24,000 nt of DNA, taken from NCBI RefSeq assembly GCF_003350505.1, contig NZ_QQAY01000014.1:1-24000 (forward strand), read 5' to 3'. The translations under genes were made by a program, and so were the position numbers. Of this stretch, positions 1 through 8,271 are shown one piece after another (position 1 is the first letter of the stretch; each line of letters begins with the position of its first letter). This DNA is from Falsibacillus pallidus. GTDB taxonomy: Bacteria > Bacillota > Bacilli > Bacillales > DSM-25281. The notes under the pieces were generated by a model. It searched no databases, was not told the DNA's origin, and saw only the letters and a list, made by a program, of their open reading frames with translations.

Positions 1-73
1 TCAATCCGCTCGACTTGCATGTATTAGGCACGCCGCCAGCGTTCGTCCTGAGCCAGGATCAAACTCTCCGAAA
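1..73 (-). rRNA. rrs: 16S ribosomal RNA, 5' end only (gene continues past the left edge of the window)
   Basis: The reverse complement reads tttttcGGAGAGTTTGATCCTGGCTCAGGACGAACGCTGGCGGCGTGCCTAATACATGCAAGTCGAGCGGATTGA. This is the universal 16S 5' end with a Bacillus-type continuation. Confidence 0.93.
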
Positions 74-177
74 AATTGTTGGCTCAAAGCCACAAAGTTT
101 CAAGCTTGATTAGCTCGATTTTTAAAAAATAGATTAACGTTGACGTTTTGTTTTGTTCAGTTTTCAAAGATCAAGTT

Positions 178-251
178 TGGAGCGGGTGAAGGGAATCGAA
201 CCCTCATCATCAGCTTGGAAGGCTGAGGTTTTACCACTAAACTACACCCGC
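178..251 (-). tRNA. tRNA-Gly (anticodon UCC)
   Basis: The reverse complement GCGGGTGTAGTTTAGTGGTAAAACCTCAGCCTTCCAAGCTG...TTCGATTCCCTTCACCCGCTCCA has 7-bp acceptor pairing, a GTTCGAT T-loop, the anticodon loop CTTCCAA and an encoded CCA. Confidence 0.93.
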
Positions 252-272
252 ATATAATATTGAAAGAAATCA

Positions 273-349
273 TGGTCGGGAAGACAGGATTCGAACCTGC
301 GACCCCTTGGTCCCAAACCAAGTGCTCTACCAAGCTGAGCTACTTCCCG
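273..349 (-). tRNA. tRNA-Pro (anticodon UGG)
   Basis: The reverse complement CGGGAAGTAGCTCAGCTTGGTAGAGCACTTGGTTTGGGACCAAGGGGTCGCAGGTTCGAATCCTGTCTTCCCGACCA folds as a cloverleaf with the anticodon loop TTTGGGA. Confidence 0.94.
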
Positions 350-447
350 GATAATGATAGATTTACTATGAATTTGCTCTGCTCGTTTACATCATAGTGT
401 TTTCTATGTACACTCGGTGTAACTCGCTCGCTTGTTTAAAAAATTTA

Positions 448-524
<77 letters not shown>

Positions 525-534
525 ATGATGTGTT

Positions 535-620
<86 letters not shown>

Positions 621-638
621 ATTTTAGCGACAGGATCT

Positions 639-668
639 ATTATAACCTGATGGCTTTCAAAAAGTCAA
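639..668 (-). promoter_or_regulatory. Sigma-A type promoter inside the tRNA cluster (TTGACT-N18-TATAAT)
   Basis: The minus strand reads aaaaagattcTTGACTttttgaaagccatcaggtTATAATag. An A/T-rich tract lies upstream, and the -10 element ends about 19 nt before the 5' end of tRNA-Leu(GAG). Confidence 0.6.
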
Positions 669-687
669 GAATCTTTTTGAAAAGAAA

Positions 688-772
688 TGGTGCGGGTGAA
701 GGGACTTGAACCCCCACGCCTTGCGGCGCCAGATCCTAAGTCTGGTGCGTCTGCCAATTCCGCCACACCCGC
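688..772 (-). tRNA. tRNA-Leu (anticodon UAG), class II
   Basis: The reverse complement GCGGGTGTGGCGGAATTGGCAGACGCACCAGACTTAGGATCTGGCGCCGCAAGGCGTGGGGGTTCAAGTCCCTTCACCCGCACCA has the anticodon loop CTTAGGA. Confidence 0.92.
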
Positions 773-811
773 ATAATTATGAAAGAGTTTTTGCTTTTCA
801 CAAAAATCTTA

Positions 812-887
812 TGGTGAGCCATGAAGGACTCGAACCTTCGACCCTCTGATTAAAAGTCAGATGCTCTACCAACTGAGCTAATGGCTC
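812..887 (-). tRNA. tRNA-Lys (anticodon UUU)
   Basis: The reverse complement GAGCCATTAGCTCAGTTGGTAGAGCATCTGACTTTTAATCAGAGGGTCGAAGGTTCGAGTCCTTCATGGCTCACCA has the anticodon loop CTTTTAA. Confidence 0.94.
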
Positions 888-890
888 TCT

Positions 891-965
891 TGGCTGGGCT
901 AGCTGGATTCGAACCAACGCATGTCGCAGTCAAAGTGCGATGCCTTACCGCTTGGCTATAGCCCA
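891..965 (-). tRNA. tRNA-Gln (anticodon UUG)
   Basis: The reverse complement TGGGCTATAGCCAAGCGGTAAGGCATCGCACTTTGACTGCGACATGCGTTGGTTCGAATCCAGCTAGCCCAGCCA has the anticodon loop CTTTGAC. Confidence 0.93.
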
Positions 966-1000
966 TCGTGTTTTTATTCTCGCCTTAAGACGAGGTTTTT

Positions 1001-1030
1001 AGTATATCACCATTTCTTGAAGACTGTCAA
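1001..1030 (-). promoter_or_regulatory. Sigma-A type promoter inside the tRNA cluster (TTGACA-N18-TATACT with a TG extension)
   Basis: The minus strand reads ttttgTTGACAgtcttcaagaaatggTGaTATACTaaaaa. It sits about 35 nt upstream of tRNA-Gln. Confidence 0.6.
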
Positions 1031-1061
1031 CAAAATGTTTCAAGTTTTTTTAAGAAAGAAA

Positions 1062-1138
1062 TGGCGGTCTGGACGGGACTCGAACCCGCGACCTCCTGCG
1101 TGACAGGCAGGCATTCTAACCAACTGAACTACCAGACC
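1062..1138 (-). tRNA. tRNA-Asp (anticodon GUC)
   Basis: The reverse complement GGTCTGGTAGTTCAGTTGGTTAGAATGCCTGCCTGTCACGCAGGAGGTCGCGGGTTCGAGTCCCGTCCAGACCGCCA has the anticodon loop CTGTCAC. Confidence 0.94.
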
Positions 1139-1220
1139 GAATTTTTTTGCTTTAGCAAAATAAATATCCTTAATTTACGCCAGCAAAATAACTTTCATTA
1201 TAAAGCGCAAGTAAAATAAA

Positions 1221-1295
1221 TGGTGACCCGTACGGGATTCGAACCCGTGTTACCGCCGTGAAAGGGCGGTGTCTTAACCGCTTGACCAACGGGCC
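1221..1295 (-). tRNA. tRNA-Glu (anticodon UUC)
   Basis: The reverse complement GGCCCGTTGGTCAAGCGGTTAAGACACCGCCCTTTCACGGCGGTAACACGGGTTCGAATCCCGTACGGGTCACCA has the anticodon loop CTTTCAC. Confidence 0.94.
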
Positions 1296-1303
1296 GATAT
1301 GTA

Positions 1304-1394
1304 TGGCGGAGAAGGAGGGATTTGAACCCTCGCGCCGCTTACGCGACCTACACCCTTAGCAGGGGCGCCTCTTCAGCCTCTTGAGTACTTCCCC
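1304..1394 (-). tRNA. tRNA-Ser (anticodon GCU), class II
   Basis: The reverse complement GGGGAAGTACTCAAGAGGCTGAAGAGGCGCCCCTGCTAAGGGTGTAGGTCGCGTAAGCGGCGCGAGGGTTCAAATCCCTCCTTCTCCGCCA has a long variable arm. The acceptor stem carries a G3:U70 wobble. Confidence 0.9.
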
Positions 1395-1405
1395 AAACAT
1401 AAAAA

Positions 1406-1480
1406 TGGCTCCGCAGGCAGGACTCGAACCTGCGACCGATCGGTTAACAGCCGATAGCTCTACCACTGAGCTACTGCGGA
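1406..1480 (-). tRNA. tRNA-Asn (anticodon GUU)
   Basis: The reverse complement TCCGCAGTAGCTCAGTGGTAGAGCTATCGGCTGTTAACCGATCGGTCGCAGGTTCGAGTCCTGCCTGCGGAGCCA has the anticodon loop CTGTTAA. Confidence 0.94.
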
Positions 1481-1510
1481 ATAAAAAGTATGTTTAATAC
1501 GACTCTTTAA

Positions 1511-1539
1511 ATTATACTTAGGGACACCTATACTGTCAA
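1511..1539 (-). promoter_or_regulatory. Consensus sigma-A promoter heading the tRNA cluster (TTGACA-N17-TATAAT)
   Basis: The minus strand reads cgtcTTGACAgtataggtgtccctaagTATAATttaaag. Both hexamers are perfect with 17-nt spacing, about 30 nt upstream of tRNA-Asn. Confidence 0.75.
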
Positions 1540-1552
1540 GACGATTTCCAAG

Positions 1553-1627
1553 AAAAAATATAGAAGGAAAACAGGCCGTTAAAACATCAATAAAATTCAT
1601 TTAAAACTTCGATAAGAGCTGTTTTCC
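1553..1627 (-). terminator. Possible terminator-like structure after ydcK (9-bp arms, large loop, then a T-run)
   Basis: GGAAAACAG (1566-1574) and CTGTTTTCC (1619-1627) are perfect inverted repeats. On the minus strand they are followed by tctatatttttt. The 44-nt loop is atypical. Confidence 0.3.
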
Positions 1628-1628
1628 T

Positions 1629-2084
1629 CTATCCTTTCTTAACGAGTTTCCCTGCACATTTCCCGCACACATACCTTTGTACGTTCACCCGTCTTTTCCG
1701 GTTGTATTTTTGCCCGCAGCCCGAACACTCATATAAATGCATCGCTTGTTTACGCTGCATCACCCTGCTTTTCAACGGGGTGCAATGTCTAGGAGATCCT
1801 GTTTCTTTCAGCAATTTGCGGAAATCTTCATCTCTGTGCTGATGCCCTTTCCCCTCAATATGCAGATGATAATGGCACAGCTCATGTTTGATAATGCCGA
1901 TCAACTCATCCATCCCGTGTTCTTCATAATAAGCGGGGTTAATTTCAATATTGTGAGAACGCAGCATATACCTTCCGCCAGTGGTCCGCAGCCTTTTATT
2001 AAAAAGAGCTTTATGGTTGAAAGTCTTTCCGAAGACATTTTCTGAAATGGTTTCAGTCAATTGCTGAAGCTTCTCATCGTTCAT
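1629..2084 (-). CDS. ydcK: SprT-family zinc metalloprotease-like protein (B. subtilis YdcK equivalent)
   Basis: The protein has the HExxH motif (HELCHYHLH) and a C-terminal CxxC...CxxC zinc ribbon (CSGCGQ...CGKCAG). It sits between the tRNA cluster and the Tex gene, as in B. subtilis. I moved the start to ATG 2084 (MNDEKLQQL), which follows a G-rich RBS; the ORF-track start at 2099 is the alternative. Confidence 0.85.
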   Translation of the reverse strand: MNDEKLQQLTETISENVFGKTFNHKALFNKRLRTTGGRYMLRSHNIEINPAYYEEHGMDELIGIIKHELCHYHLHIEGKGHQHRDEDFRKLLKETGSPRHCTPLKSRVMQRKQAMHLYECSGCGQKYNRKRRVNVQRYVCGKCAGKLVKKG

Positions 2085-2160
2085 CTGCAGTCCCCCCATT
2101 CACTTCTTCTCTCTATGATTTAAGGTGCAGGTATTCTGTAAACATGACAACCTATTATAG

Positions 2161-2168
2161 CATACAAT
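2161..2168 (+). promoter_or_regulatory. Candidate sigma-E type -10 element (CATACAAT) upstream of cmpA
   Basis: CATACAAT matches the mother-cell CATACA-T type -10 element and lies about 35 nt before the cmpA ATG. The -35 region is only a weak match. Confidence 0.3.
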
Positions 2169-2202
2169 GATTAGCAACTATCATGGCAAGGAGGTATTCT
2201 GC

Positions 2203-2316
2203 ATGCCGACTTGGCTGCAAAAACAAATGCAAAAAGCTTTTCTCGAGAAAAACAGATATCAGATCAAACTTCTCAACCAGTGCTGGTATTTCTATAGAAA
2301 AAAACACTGCTCCTAA
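2203..2316 (+). CDS. cmpA: Cortex morphogenetic protein CmpA (37 aa small sporulation protein)
   Basis: AAGGAGG lies 8 nt before the ATG. The translation is MPTWLQKQMQKAFLEKNRYQIKLLNQCWYFYRKKHCS. This closely resembles my recollection of the 37-aa B. subtilis CmpA. It sits at the same locus between ydcI and ydcK, on the opposite strand. It is too short for the ORF track. Confidence 0.75.
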   Translation: MPTWLQKQMQKAFLEKNRYQIKLLNQCWYFYRKKHCS

Positions 2317-2332
2317 TGAACAGTGTTTTTTC
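2296..2332. terminator. Bidirectional rho-independent terminator shared by cmpA (+) and the Tex gene (-)
   Basis: aaaaaACACTGctcctaatgaaCAGTGTtttttc has a 6-bp stem with an A-run on one side and a T-run on the other. The cmpA stop codon lies in the loop. Confidence 0.7.
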
Positions 2333-2334
2333 GT

Positions 2335-4509
2335 TTATTTAGAAGGAAGCATGGTCAAGGCTACTCGTCCTTTTTTCATGTCGACTGAATCGACCCAAAC
2401 TGTGACGACATCTCCGACAGCCACCACATCTAAAGGATGCTTGACGAAGCGGTTGCTTAATTTGGAGATATGAACCAACCCATCCTGCTTTACGCCGATA
2501 TCGACGAATGCGCCGAAATCGACCACGTTGCGGACAGTTCCTTGCAGTTCCATTCCCTCAGTGAGGTCTTCTAATTTAAGGACGTCTTTTTTCAGGATTG
2601 GCTTCGGCAATACGTCGCGCGGATCACGGCCAGGTCTTCTTAACGAATCCAGGATGTCCTTTAGCGTTAATTCACCGATCTCTAGTTCTGCCGCTAATTC
2701 TTGAATCGTGAACTTTTCAAGGGATGCACTTAATTTATCTGAGCCCAGTTCATTCAATCCCACACCGAGTTTCTTTAAGAGCTTTTCCACATCCCCGTAT
2801 GTTTCAGGGTGAATCGATGTTTTATCAAGCGGATGCTTTCCGTCCATGATTCTTAAGAACCCGATACTTTGCTCATACGTTTTGGCTCCAAGTCGAGGGA
2901 TTTTTTTCAGTTGGGCTCTGCTATTGATTTTTCCATTTTCATCGCGGAATTTTACGATATTGTTGGCAACTGTTTTGTTTAAACCTGCTACATATTGAAG
3001 CAAGGAAGATGAAGCTGTATTTACATTCACACCAACTTGGTTAACCACTGTTTCAACCACGAACGTTAAGGAATCATTCAGGTTTTTTTGTGAGACATCA
3101 TGTTGATACTGCCCCACTCCTACTGATTTTGGATCGATCTTAACCAGCTCAGCCAACGGGTCTTGCAGGCGTCTTGCGATGGATACCGCGCTTCTTTCTT
3201 CTACCTGGAGGTCAGGGAACTCTTCCCTCGCCAAGTCAGAAGCGGAATAGACGCTTGCCCCAGCTTCATTGACAATGATATAAGAAATATCTCTTTTTGC
3301 TTCTTTCAATGTATCTACGATGAACTGCTCGGTTTCCCGAGATGCTGTTCCGTTTCCGATTGCGACTAGTTCAACGGAGTACTTTTCCAGGATGGAAAGG
3401 ATGGCTTGTTTTGATTTTTCCGGCTGCGCTTTCGGCGGATGTGGATAGATGACTCCGATATAAAGGACCTTTCCTGTTTCATCCACCACGGAAAGTTTAC
3501 AGCCTGTCCGATATGCCGGATCTACCCCGAGCACTACCTTTCCTTTTAAAGGCGGCTGAAGCAGAAGGTTCTTCAAGTTTTCAGAGAAGATGTGGATGGC
3601 CTGTTCATCCGCTTTTTCAGTCAGTTCATTTCGGATTTCCCGCTCAATGGATGGCTGTATCAATCGCTTATATCCATCATTGACTGCATCCCTTACCACT
3701 TCAGAAGCAATGGATTTCTCATTAGGAATAAATTTTTTGAACAGGTATTCGTGTATTCTTTCAGTATCCGGCTGAACGGATACCTTTAGAATCTCCTCTT
3801 TTTCCCCTCTATTGATGGCAAGCGTCCGATGAGGGACTACTTTTGCAAGAGGTTCTGAGTAGTCATAATACATTTCATAAACATTCTTTTCATCCTTCTC
3901 CTCATCTTTTACAGCTGTTGAGAGCTTTCCAGATTTGAATGTTTCACGGCGGATCCACTGTCGGGCAGCGGGATCATCGGAGACGATTTCTGCGATGATA
4001 TCCTTCGCCCCTTCAATTGCTGCTTCAGCAGAATCGACACCTTTTTCAGATGAAATAAATGAAGCCGCTTTTTCTTCAAGGCTGCCTGCTGACGGAAATG
4101 TCAACAGCCACTCCGCCAGTGGCTCTAATCCTTTTTCTTTTGCCACTGTGGCTTTTGTTCTTCTTTTTTGTTTGTAAGGTCTGTATAGATCCTCCACCAC
4201 TTGGAGTTTATCGGCAGATTCAATGGATTTTCTTAGTTCCTCTGTAAGCTTCCCTTGTTCTTCAATCAAACGAATGACATCTTCTTTTCGTTTTTTTAAA
4301 TTCTGCATAAATGTCCATTTATCTATGATGGCACGGATTTGCACCTCATCCAGTGCACCTGTCATCTCTTTGCGGTAGCGGGCAATGAATGGGACGGTAT
4401 TTCCTTCATTAATCATGTCGATTACGTTATGTACCTGCTTTGATTTAAATCCCAACTCTTTCGAAATGGATAGGATCAATTGATCTTCCTGGGTTTTCAC
4501 TTGATTCAA
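2335..4509 (-). CDS. ydcI: Tex-like transcription accessory protein with a C-terminal S1 RNA-binding domain (YdcI)
   Basis: The 724-aa protein has the Tex N-terminal signature (TVPFIARYRKE), YqgF/RuvC-like and HhH regions, and a C-terminal S1 domain (GTVRNVVDFGAFVDIGVKQDGLVHISK). It uses a TTG start with a GGGGGA RBS. Confidence 0.93.
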   Translation of the reverse strand: MNQVKTQEDQLILSISKELGFKSKQVHNVIDMINEGNTVPFIARYRKEMTGALDEVQIRAIIDKWTFMQNLKKRKEDVIRLIEEQGKLTEELRKSIESADKLQVVEDLYRPYKQKRRTKATVAKEKGLEPLAEWLLTFPSAGSLEEKAASFISSEKGVDSAEAAIEGAKDIIAEIVSDDPAARQWIRRETFKSGKLSTAVKDEEKDEKNVYEMYYDYSEPLAKVVPHRTLAINRGEKEEILKVSVQPDTERIHEYLFKKFIPNEKSIASEVVRDAVNDGYKRLIQPSIEREIRNELTEKADEQAIHIFSENLKNLLLQPPLKGKVVLGVDPAYRTGCKLSVVDETGKVLYIGVIYPHPPKAQPEKSKQAILSILEKYSVELVAIGNGTASRETEQFIVDTLKEAKRDISYIIVNEAGASVYSASDLAREEFPDLQVEERSAVSIARRLQDPLAELVKIDPKSVGVGQYQHDVSQKNLNDSLTFVVETVVNQVGVNVNTASSSLLQYVAGLNKTVANNIVKFRDENGKINSRAQLKKIPRLGAKTYEQSIGFLRIMDGKHPLDKTSIHPETYGDVEKLLKKLGVGLNELGSDKLSASLEKFTIQELAAELEIGELTLKDILDSLRRPGRDPRDVLPKPILKKDVLKLEDLTEGMELQGTVRNVVDFGAFVDIGVKQDGLVHISKLSNRFVKHPLDVVAVGDVVTVWVDSVDMKKGRVALTMLPSK

Positions 4510-4584
4510 TGTACATCCCCCTATCAGTAAGCATGATTATAGTTTAACACACCTTTTTGGAGTAATTAAAATGGTGAACAAATA

Positions 4585-4617
4585 TAAAAAAGCTCACTCC
4601 ATTATCAGAGCAAGCTT
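4585..4617 (-). terminator. Probable terminator of the sigB operon
   Basis: The minus strand reads AAGCTTGCTCtgataatgGAGTGAGCTTttttatattt. The stem is 10 bp (two G-U pairs), overlaps the rsbX stop codon and is followed by a T-rich tract. Confidence 0.5.
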
Positions 4618-5201
4618 CCTACAATAAACGTTAAATCGTCTTCTGCATTACTATAGCTTCGTTCCAATTCTTGAGCAATATACTCTAAAGAAAAGGAATC
4701 TTTCAGCAGACTTTTGGTGCTTGAAATCCTTAAACCATCTGAATGGATTAAAAATCTTGCACCTTCTTCAAAGGGATATCGATGGGTACTGAATAGTTGC
4801 GGCCTGCCAGATAAATAACCTGTGACAGGTAGTGGGTAGGTTAATTTACCGGTAGGGGAGTATAAATAGAAGCGGATGTTTCCAACGCAGCTATAAACAA
4901 AATCCTTGGTCTTGAAATAAGCTTTGACAACGGCAACTGCAGCACCGCGTTTATTGAGCAGCACCTGATTGCAGAGCTTCATGAGCGTTTCTACATCTTC
5001 CTCTTTATTCTCCTCTACTACTTGAGCTACAGCTGAAGATGCTTCATTGGCGTATTTTCCGCTGCCTAATCCATCCGCCAGCACGCAAAGGAAATATTCA
5101 TCTGTAGCTGTGAAGTAATAGCTGTCGCCGCACTGTGCTTTACCTGCTTTTGACGTTTGATGCGAAAAGACTTCCACTTCCTTCTGCAAAAGATGGTTCA
5201 T
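4605..5201 (-). CDS. rsbX: RsbX, PP2C-type feedback phosphatase of the sigma-B stressosome pathway
   Basis: The 198-aa protein has a PP2C/SpoIIE-like motif (CGDSYYF...LADGLGSG). It is the last gene of the rsb-sigB cluster, and its ATG overlaps the sigB stop codon (ATGA). Confidence 0.9.
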   Translation of the reverse strand: MNHLLQKEVEVFSHQTSKAGKAQCGDSYYFTATDEYFLCVLADGLGSGKYANEASSAVAQVVEENKEEDVETLMKLCNQVLLNKRGAAVAVVKAYFKTKDFVYSCVGNIRFYLYSPTGKLTYPLPVTGYLSGRPQLFSTHRYPFEEGARFLIHSDGLRISSTKSLLKDSFSLEYIAQELERSYSNAEDDLTFIVGSLL

Positions 5202-5998
5202 AAGGAAGACCTTTCTGAAAATGCATCTTCTTCAAGGATTGCCTCTTTAAGCTTCTTGATCGCTTTTCGCTGCAGCCTTGATACGTGCATTTGAGAAATA
5301 CCCAGCATCTCTCCGGCATCTTTCTGGCTCATGTTATCAAGGAACGTATATTGAATGATTGAACGCTCCCTGTCACTCAGTACATGAAGAACCTTCTCCA
5401 GTACAAGCTTTTGGTTGGTTCTTTCATATCCCTCATCAACATTCCCAACAATATCGAGCAGTGTTACTGTACTACCTTCTGAGTCCGCTTCGATTGTATG
5501 ATCCACAGATAGAGCTTGATAGCTTTTACCCATTTCCATCGCTTCCAATACTTCCTCTTCGGAAATACCCAGATGGTCTGCGATTTCAATAACGCGGGGA
5601 GATCGCTGAAGCTCTGTGGTCAATTCTTCAAGCGTTGCTTTTATTTTCGGTCCAAGCTCCTTAATCCTCCTAGGGACGTGGACGCTCCATGTTTTATCTC
5701 TTAGAAACCTTTTGATTTCTCCCACAATCGTCGGGATGGCAAAAGCTTCAAAAGATTTACCGAAAGAATCATCATAGCGCCTGATGGCACCAAGCAAGCC
5801 GATCATGCCGACTTGATAGATGTCTTCATGGTATGACTTCCCTTTGGAATACTTTCGGGCAATGGATTCGACCAGTCTCTGATAGTGGACGACCAGACGA
5901 TCTTGGGCCTCTTGATCACCGTTTTCCTGGAATGCTTTAATCCAGCCATTCACTTGGTCGCGGGTTTGAAAATGATTAGGTTGAGATAGATTCGACAT
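5198..5998 (-). CDS. sigB: RNA polymerase sigma factor SigB (general stress)
   Basis: The protein is highly similar to B. subtilis SigB (KGKSYHEDIYQVGMIGLLGAIRRYD, FAIPTIVGEIKRFLRDKTWSVHVPRRIKELGP, GISQMHVSRLQRKA). I set the start at ATG 5998 (MSNLSQ), which follows an AGGTGG RBS. The ORF-track TTG at 6022 is an over-extension into rsbW. Confidence 0.93.
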   Translation of the reverse strand: MSNLSQPNHFQTRDQVNGWIKAFQENGDQEAQDRLVVHYQRLVESIARKYSKGKSYHEDIYQVGMIGLLGAIRRYDDSFGKSFEAFAIPTIVGEIKRFLRDKTWSVHVPRRIKELGPKIKATLEELTTELQRSPRVIEIADHLGISEEEVLEAMEMGKSYQALSVDHTIEADSEGSTVTLLDIVGNVDEGYERTNQKLVLEKVLHVLSDRERSIIQYTFLDNMSQKDAGEMLGISQMHVSRLQRKAIKKLKEAILEEDAFSERSSL

Positions 5999-6452
5999 CC
6001 CTATCCACCTGCTCTCCTTCAAGGTACTTAGTCATTAAGACTGTAACCCCTTCCTTATGGTGGATTTTCACTTCATCCATAAGGCTTTCGATGAGGTATA
6101 AACCTAAACCTCCCTCACGTAAAAACTCAACTTCGAGACTTTCGTGATAAGGTCCGATTTCCTCGCGTGTTTTTTGGAAATCAAAGCTTGTACCATGATC
6201 GGAGACCATGATTTCCAAACGATTGGCATAGATGCCGAATCCAATGAGGACATCGCCTTCCTCATCTTCTTTATAGGCATGCTGTACGGCATTGGTGATT
6301 GCTTCACTTGCAGCGATTTTCAAATCCTCAATAGAGTCATAGGAAAATCCCATTCGACTGGCGATTCCGGAAATAGTCAGCCGGATAACCCCAACAAATT
6401 CTGGTTTTCCTGGAACCTTCATCTCGATGTAATCAAAATCCTCCATCATCAT
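5976..6452 (-). CDS. rsbW: RsbW, anti-sigma-B factor / serine kinase
   Basis: The protein shows a DYIEMKVPGKPEFVGVIRLTISGIASRMGF...ITNAVQHAYKE GHKL-type kinase signature. Its start overlaps the rsbV stop codon (ATGA). Confidence 0.93.
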   Translation of the reverse strand: MMMEDFDYIEMKVPGKPEFVGVIRLTISGIASRMGFSYDSIEDLKIAASEAITNAVQHAYKEDEEGDVLIGFGIYANRLEIMVSDHGTSFDFQKTREEIGPYHESLEVEFLREGGLGLYLIESLMDEVKIHHKEGVTVLMTKYLEGEQVDRDVESIST

Positions 6453-6778
6453 ACTCCACCCTCTACCTCGGAATTGATTTCCATAATATCGGCCAATCCG
6501 GTGATATCGAATAAACGCTTCAAGCGTTCAGAAAGGCCTGTCAGTACCATTTGGCCGTCGTTTGCACGGATGCTTTTAAACAATCCGACAAAAACGCCAA
6601 GTCCTGTACTGTCCATGTATGAAACGTCTGTTAGATCTATGGTGAGATGTATATTCGGTTTGACGGCAAACGGAGAAAGAGCTTCCCTTACTTGAGGGGC
6701 TGTATACGCATCGATTTCTCCACCGATTTTACTTTTGACAAATTGTTCGTTTTCTTGAACTTCAACATTAATATTCAT
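6449..6778 (-). CDS. rsbV: RsbV, anti-anti-sigma-B factor (STAS domain)
   Basis: The protein reads MNINVEV...DVSYMDSTGLGVFVG...LSERLKRLFDITGL, with the phosphorylatable serine in its usual context. I chose ATG 6778 after a GGGGTG RBS; the ORF-track GTG at 6790 is less likely. Confidence 0.92.
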   Translation of the reverse strand: MNINVEVQENEQFVKSKIGGEIDAYTAPQVREALSPFAVKPNIHLTIDLTDVSYMDSTGLGVFVGLFKSIRANDGQMVLTGLSERLKRLFDITGLADIMEINSEVEGGV

Positions 6779-6817
6779 GAAATTATTCACCCCATCTACT
6801 TTTCAACACTAATACTT

Positions 6818-6842
6818 TTACCCCAAGAAAAACTGCTCAAAC
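6818..6842 (-). promoter_or_regulatory. Sigma-B dependent internal promoter (PB) upstream of rsbV
   Basis: The minus strand reads gGTTTGAgcagtttttcttgGGGTAAaag. This fits GTTTAA-N12-15-GGGTAT (GTTTGA-N13-GGGTAA). It lies just downstream of the rsbU stop codon, the same position as B. subtilis PB. Confidence 0.7.
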
Positions 6843-6847
6843 CAATT

Positions 6848-7855
6848 TCAGCATTTTCTTTTTAAAATGATTAGTGTAAAGTCATCCCTTAATTGAAAAT
6901 CCTGAAGTTTTTCAAGGTCTTTATATACATTATTTACAATTTCCTGCGAATTTAAATGGATATATTTTTGGATATATTCCACCAAATCTTCCCGCTCCAG
7001 GAACCCTTCCTCTGTACGGCATTCTGTTACACCGTCTGAGAGGAGGATGATCATATCCCCAATTTCCACATATCTCTCGTATTGCTGATATTTTGTCTTC
7101 TTATCGATGCCGAGAAGAAGGCCCTTCGCAGAAAGATCGCTGAATTGCTTCTTGCTGGAATGGTAATAGAATCCAGGTTCGTGACCAGCAGAAGAATAGT
7201 AGAACGTATGCTTATCCGTGTCATACATCCCATGGAACATCGTGATGAACATCGTAGGATCGACATTCTGCTCCACTACGCGGTTGATATTCTCCAATAC
7301 GCTGCTCGGGTTATATTGGTTTTCCGGAAGGCTGTCCATGGCATATTTGATCATGGACATACAAAGCGCAGCCGGGATCCCTTTCCCGATAACGTCGGCT
7401 ATCGCAACGCTGATTCGATTTTTTTCTTTAACGAAATGATAATAGTCGCCGCTCATAGTTTTGGCCGCGACACTGATGGCGCCTATATCCAAGCACTCCT
7501 CTGTCGGGATCTTTGTACCGAGGAGCGTCTGCTGCATATTGGCCGCTATTTCGATTTCCCCGCGAAGCTCCTGCTGCTGATTGCGGAGGCTTTGATGCTC
7601 CCTGTAGGCAAGGCCATAGCCGATCATCACTTCCAATAGGACATCAAAAGAATGAACGATGGAGTCCGGCATGTCCGGCTCCATCTCCATGATCAGCGAA
7701 CGGTGAAGACTGATGATTTCTTCAGGAGAAATCTTGTGTTCAATCGTTTTTCTACTGAACTTTTGCCCTTGGTAAAGCACTTGTTCATTTTGGTCTTTTA
7801 AATAGTTTTCGAGAATCTCTTTATATTTTAGTTCCATTATATTTCTAAAATCCAT
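6848..7855 (-). CDS. rsbU: RsbU, PP2C phosphatase (environmental stress branch)
   Basis: The 335-aa protein has an N-terminus matching B. subtilis RsbU (LYQGQKFSRKTIEHKISPEEIISLHR) and a C-terminal PP2C domain (GDYYHF...IADVIGKGIPAAL...SDGVTE). Confidence 0.93.
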   Translation of the reverse strand: MDFRNIMELKYKEILENYLKDQNEQVLYQGQKFSRKTIEHKISPEEIISLHRSLIMEMEPDMPDSIVHSFDVLLEVMIGYGLAYREHQSLRNQQQELRGEIEIAANMQQTLLGTKIPTEECLDIGAISVAAKTMSGDYYHFVKEKNRISVAIADVIGKGIPAALCMSMIKYAMDSLPENQYNPSSVLENINRVVEQNVDPTMFITMFHGMYDTDKHTFYYSSAGHEPGFYYHSSKKQFSDLSAKGLLLGIDKKTKYQQYERYVEIGDMIILLSDGVTECRTEEGFLEREDLVEYIQKYIHLNSQEIVNNVYKDLEKLQDFQLRDDFTLIILKRKC

Positions 7856-7865
7856 ACTACTCCCC

Positions 7866-8267
7866 CTAGCGGAGCCATTTGGTTGCTCTTATATCCGTCC
7901 CTTCACCGGGATTTGAATCGATTGAGAAATCATCCATCAATCTTTTCACCCCGGGAAGTCCGGCACCCAAACCTCCTGATGTCGAGAAGCCGTCCTCCAT
8001 GACTTTTCGGATATCGGTAATACCAGGACCTGTATCTACTGCGATAATCTTCAGGCCGGCTTTTCCATTCTCATATAACTTTTCAATGCAGACCTGTCCT
8101 TGTCCTGCATATAAATAAATATTTCGCGCAAGTTCACTAATAGCCGTTGTGATTCTCGCCTGGTCCACCGTACCAAACCCGAGCTCCTTGGCTACATTCC
8201 TACCCAATTGGCGGGCTGCGACGATGTCCCATTCGTTAAGAATTTTCACGCAGGATTGAACGTCCAT
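7866..8267 (-). CDS. rsbT: RsbT, stressosome serine kinase / RsbU activator
   Basis: The 133-aa protein has a GHKL-like kinase fold (ELARNIYLYAG...DTGPGI...GLGAGLPG) and sits between rsbS and rsbU. Confidence 0.92.
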   Translation of the reverse strand: MDVQSCVKILNEWDIVAARQLGRNVAKELGFGTVDQARITTAISELARNIYLYAGQGQVCIEKLYENGKAGLKIIAVDTGPGITDIRKVMEDGFSTSGGLGAGLPGVKRLMDDFSIDSNPGEGTDIRATKWLR

Positions 8268-8271
8268 ACCG

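Noticed and set aside
2183-2473. A 96-aa plus-strand ORF across the ydcK-Tex intergenic region
   Set aside because: It runs antisense into the Tex 3' end and through the terminator, and it has no RBS. The real small gene here (cmpA) is in another frame.
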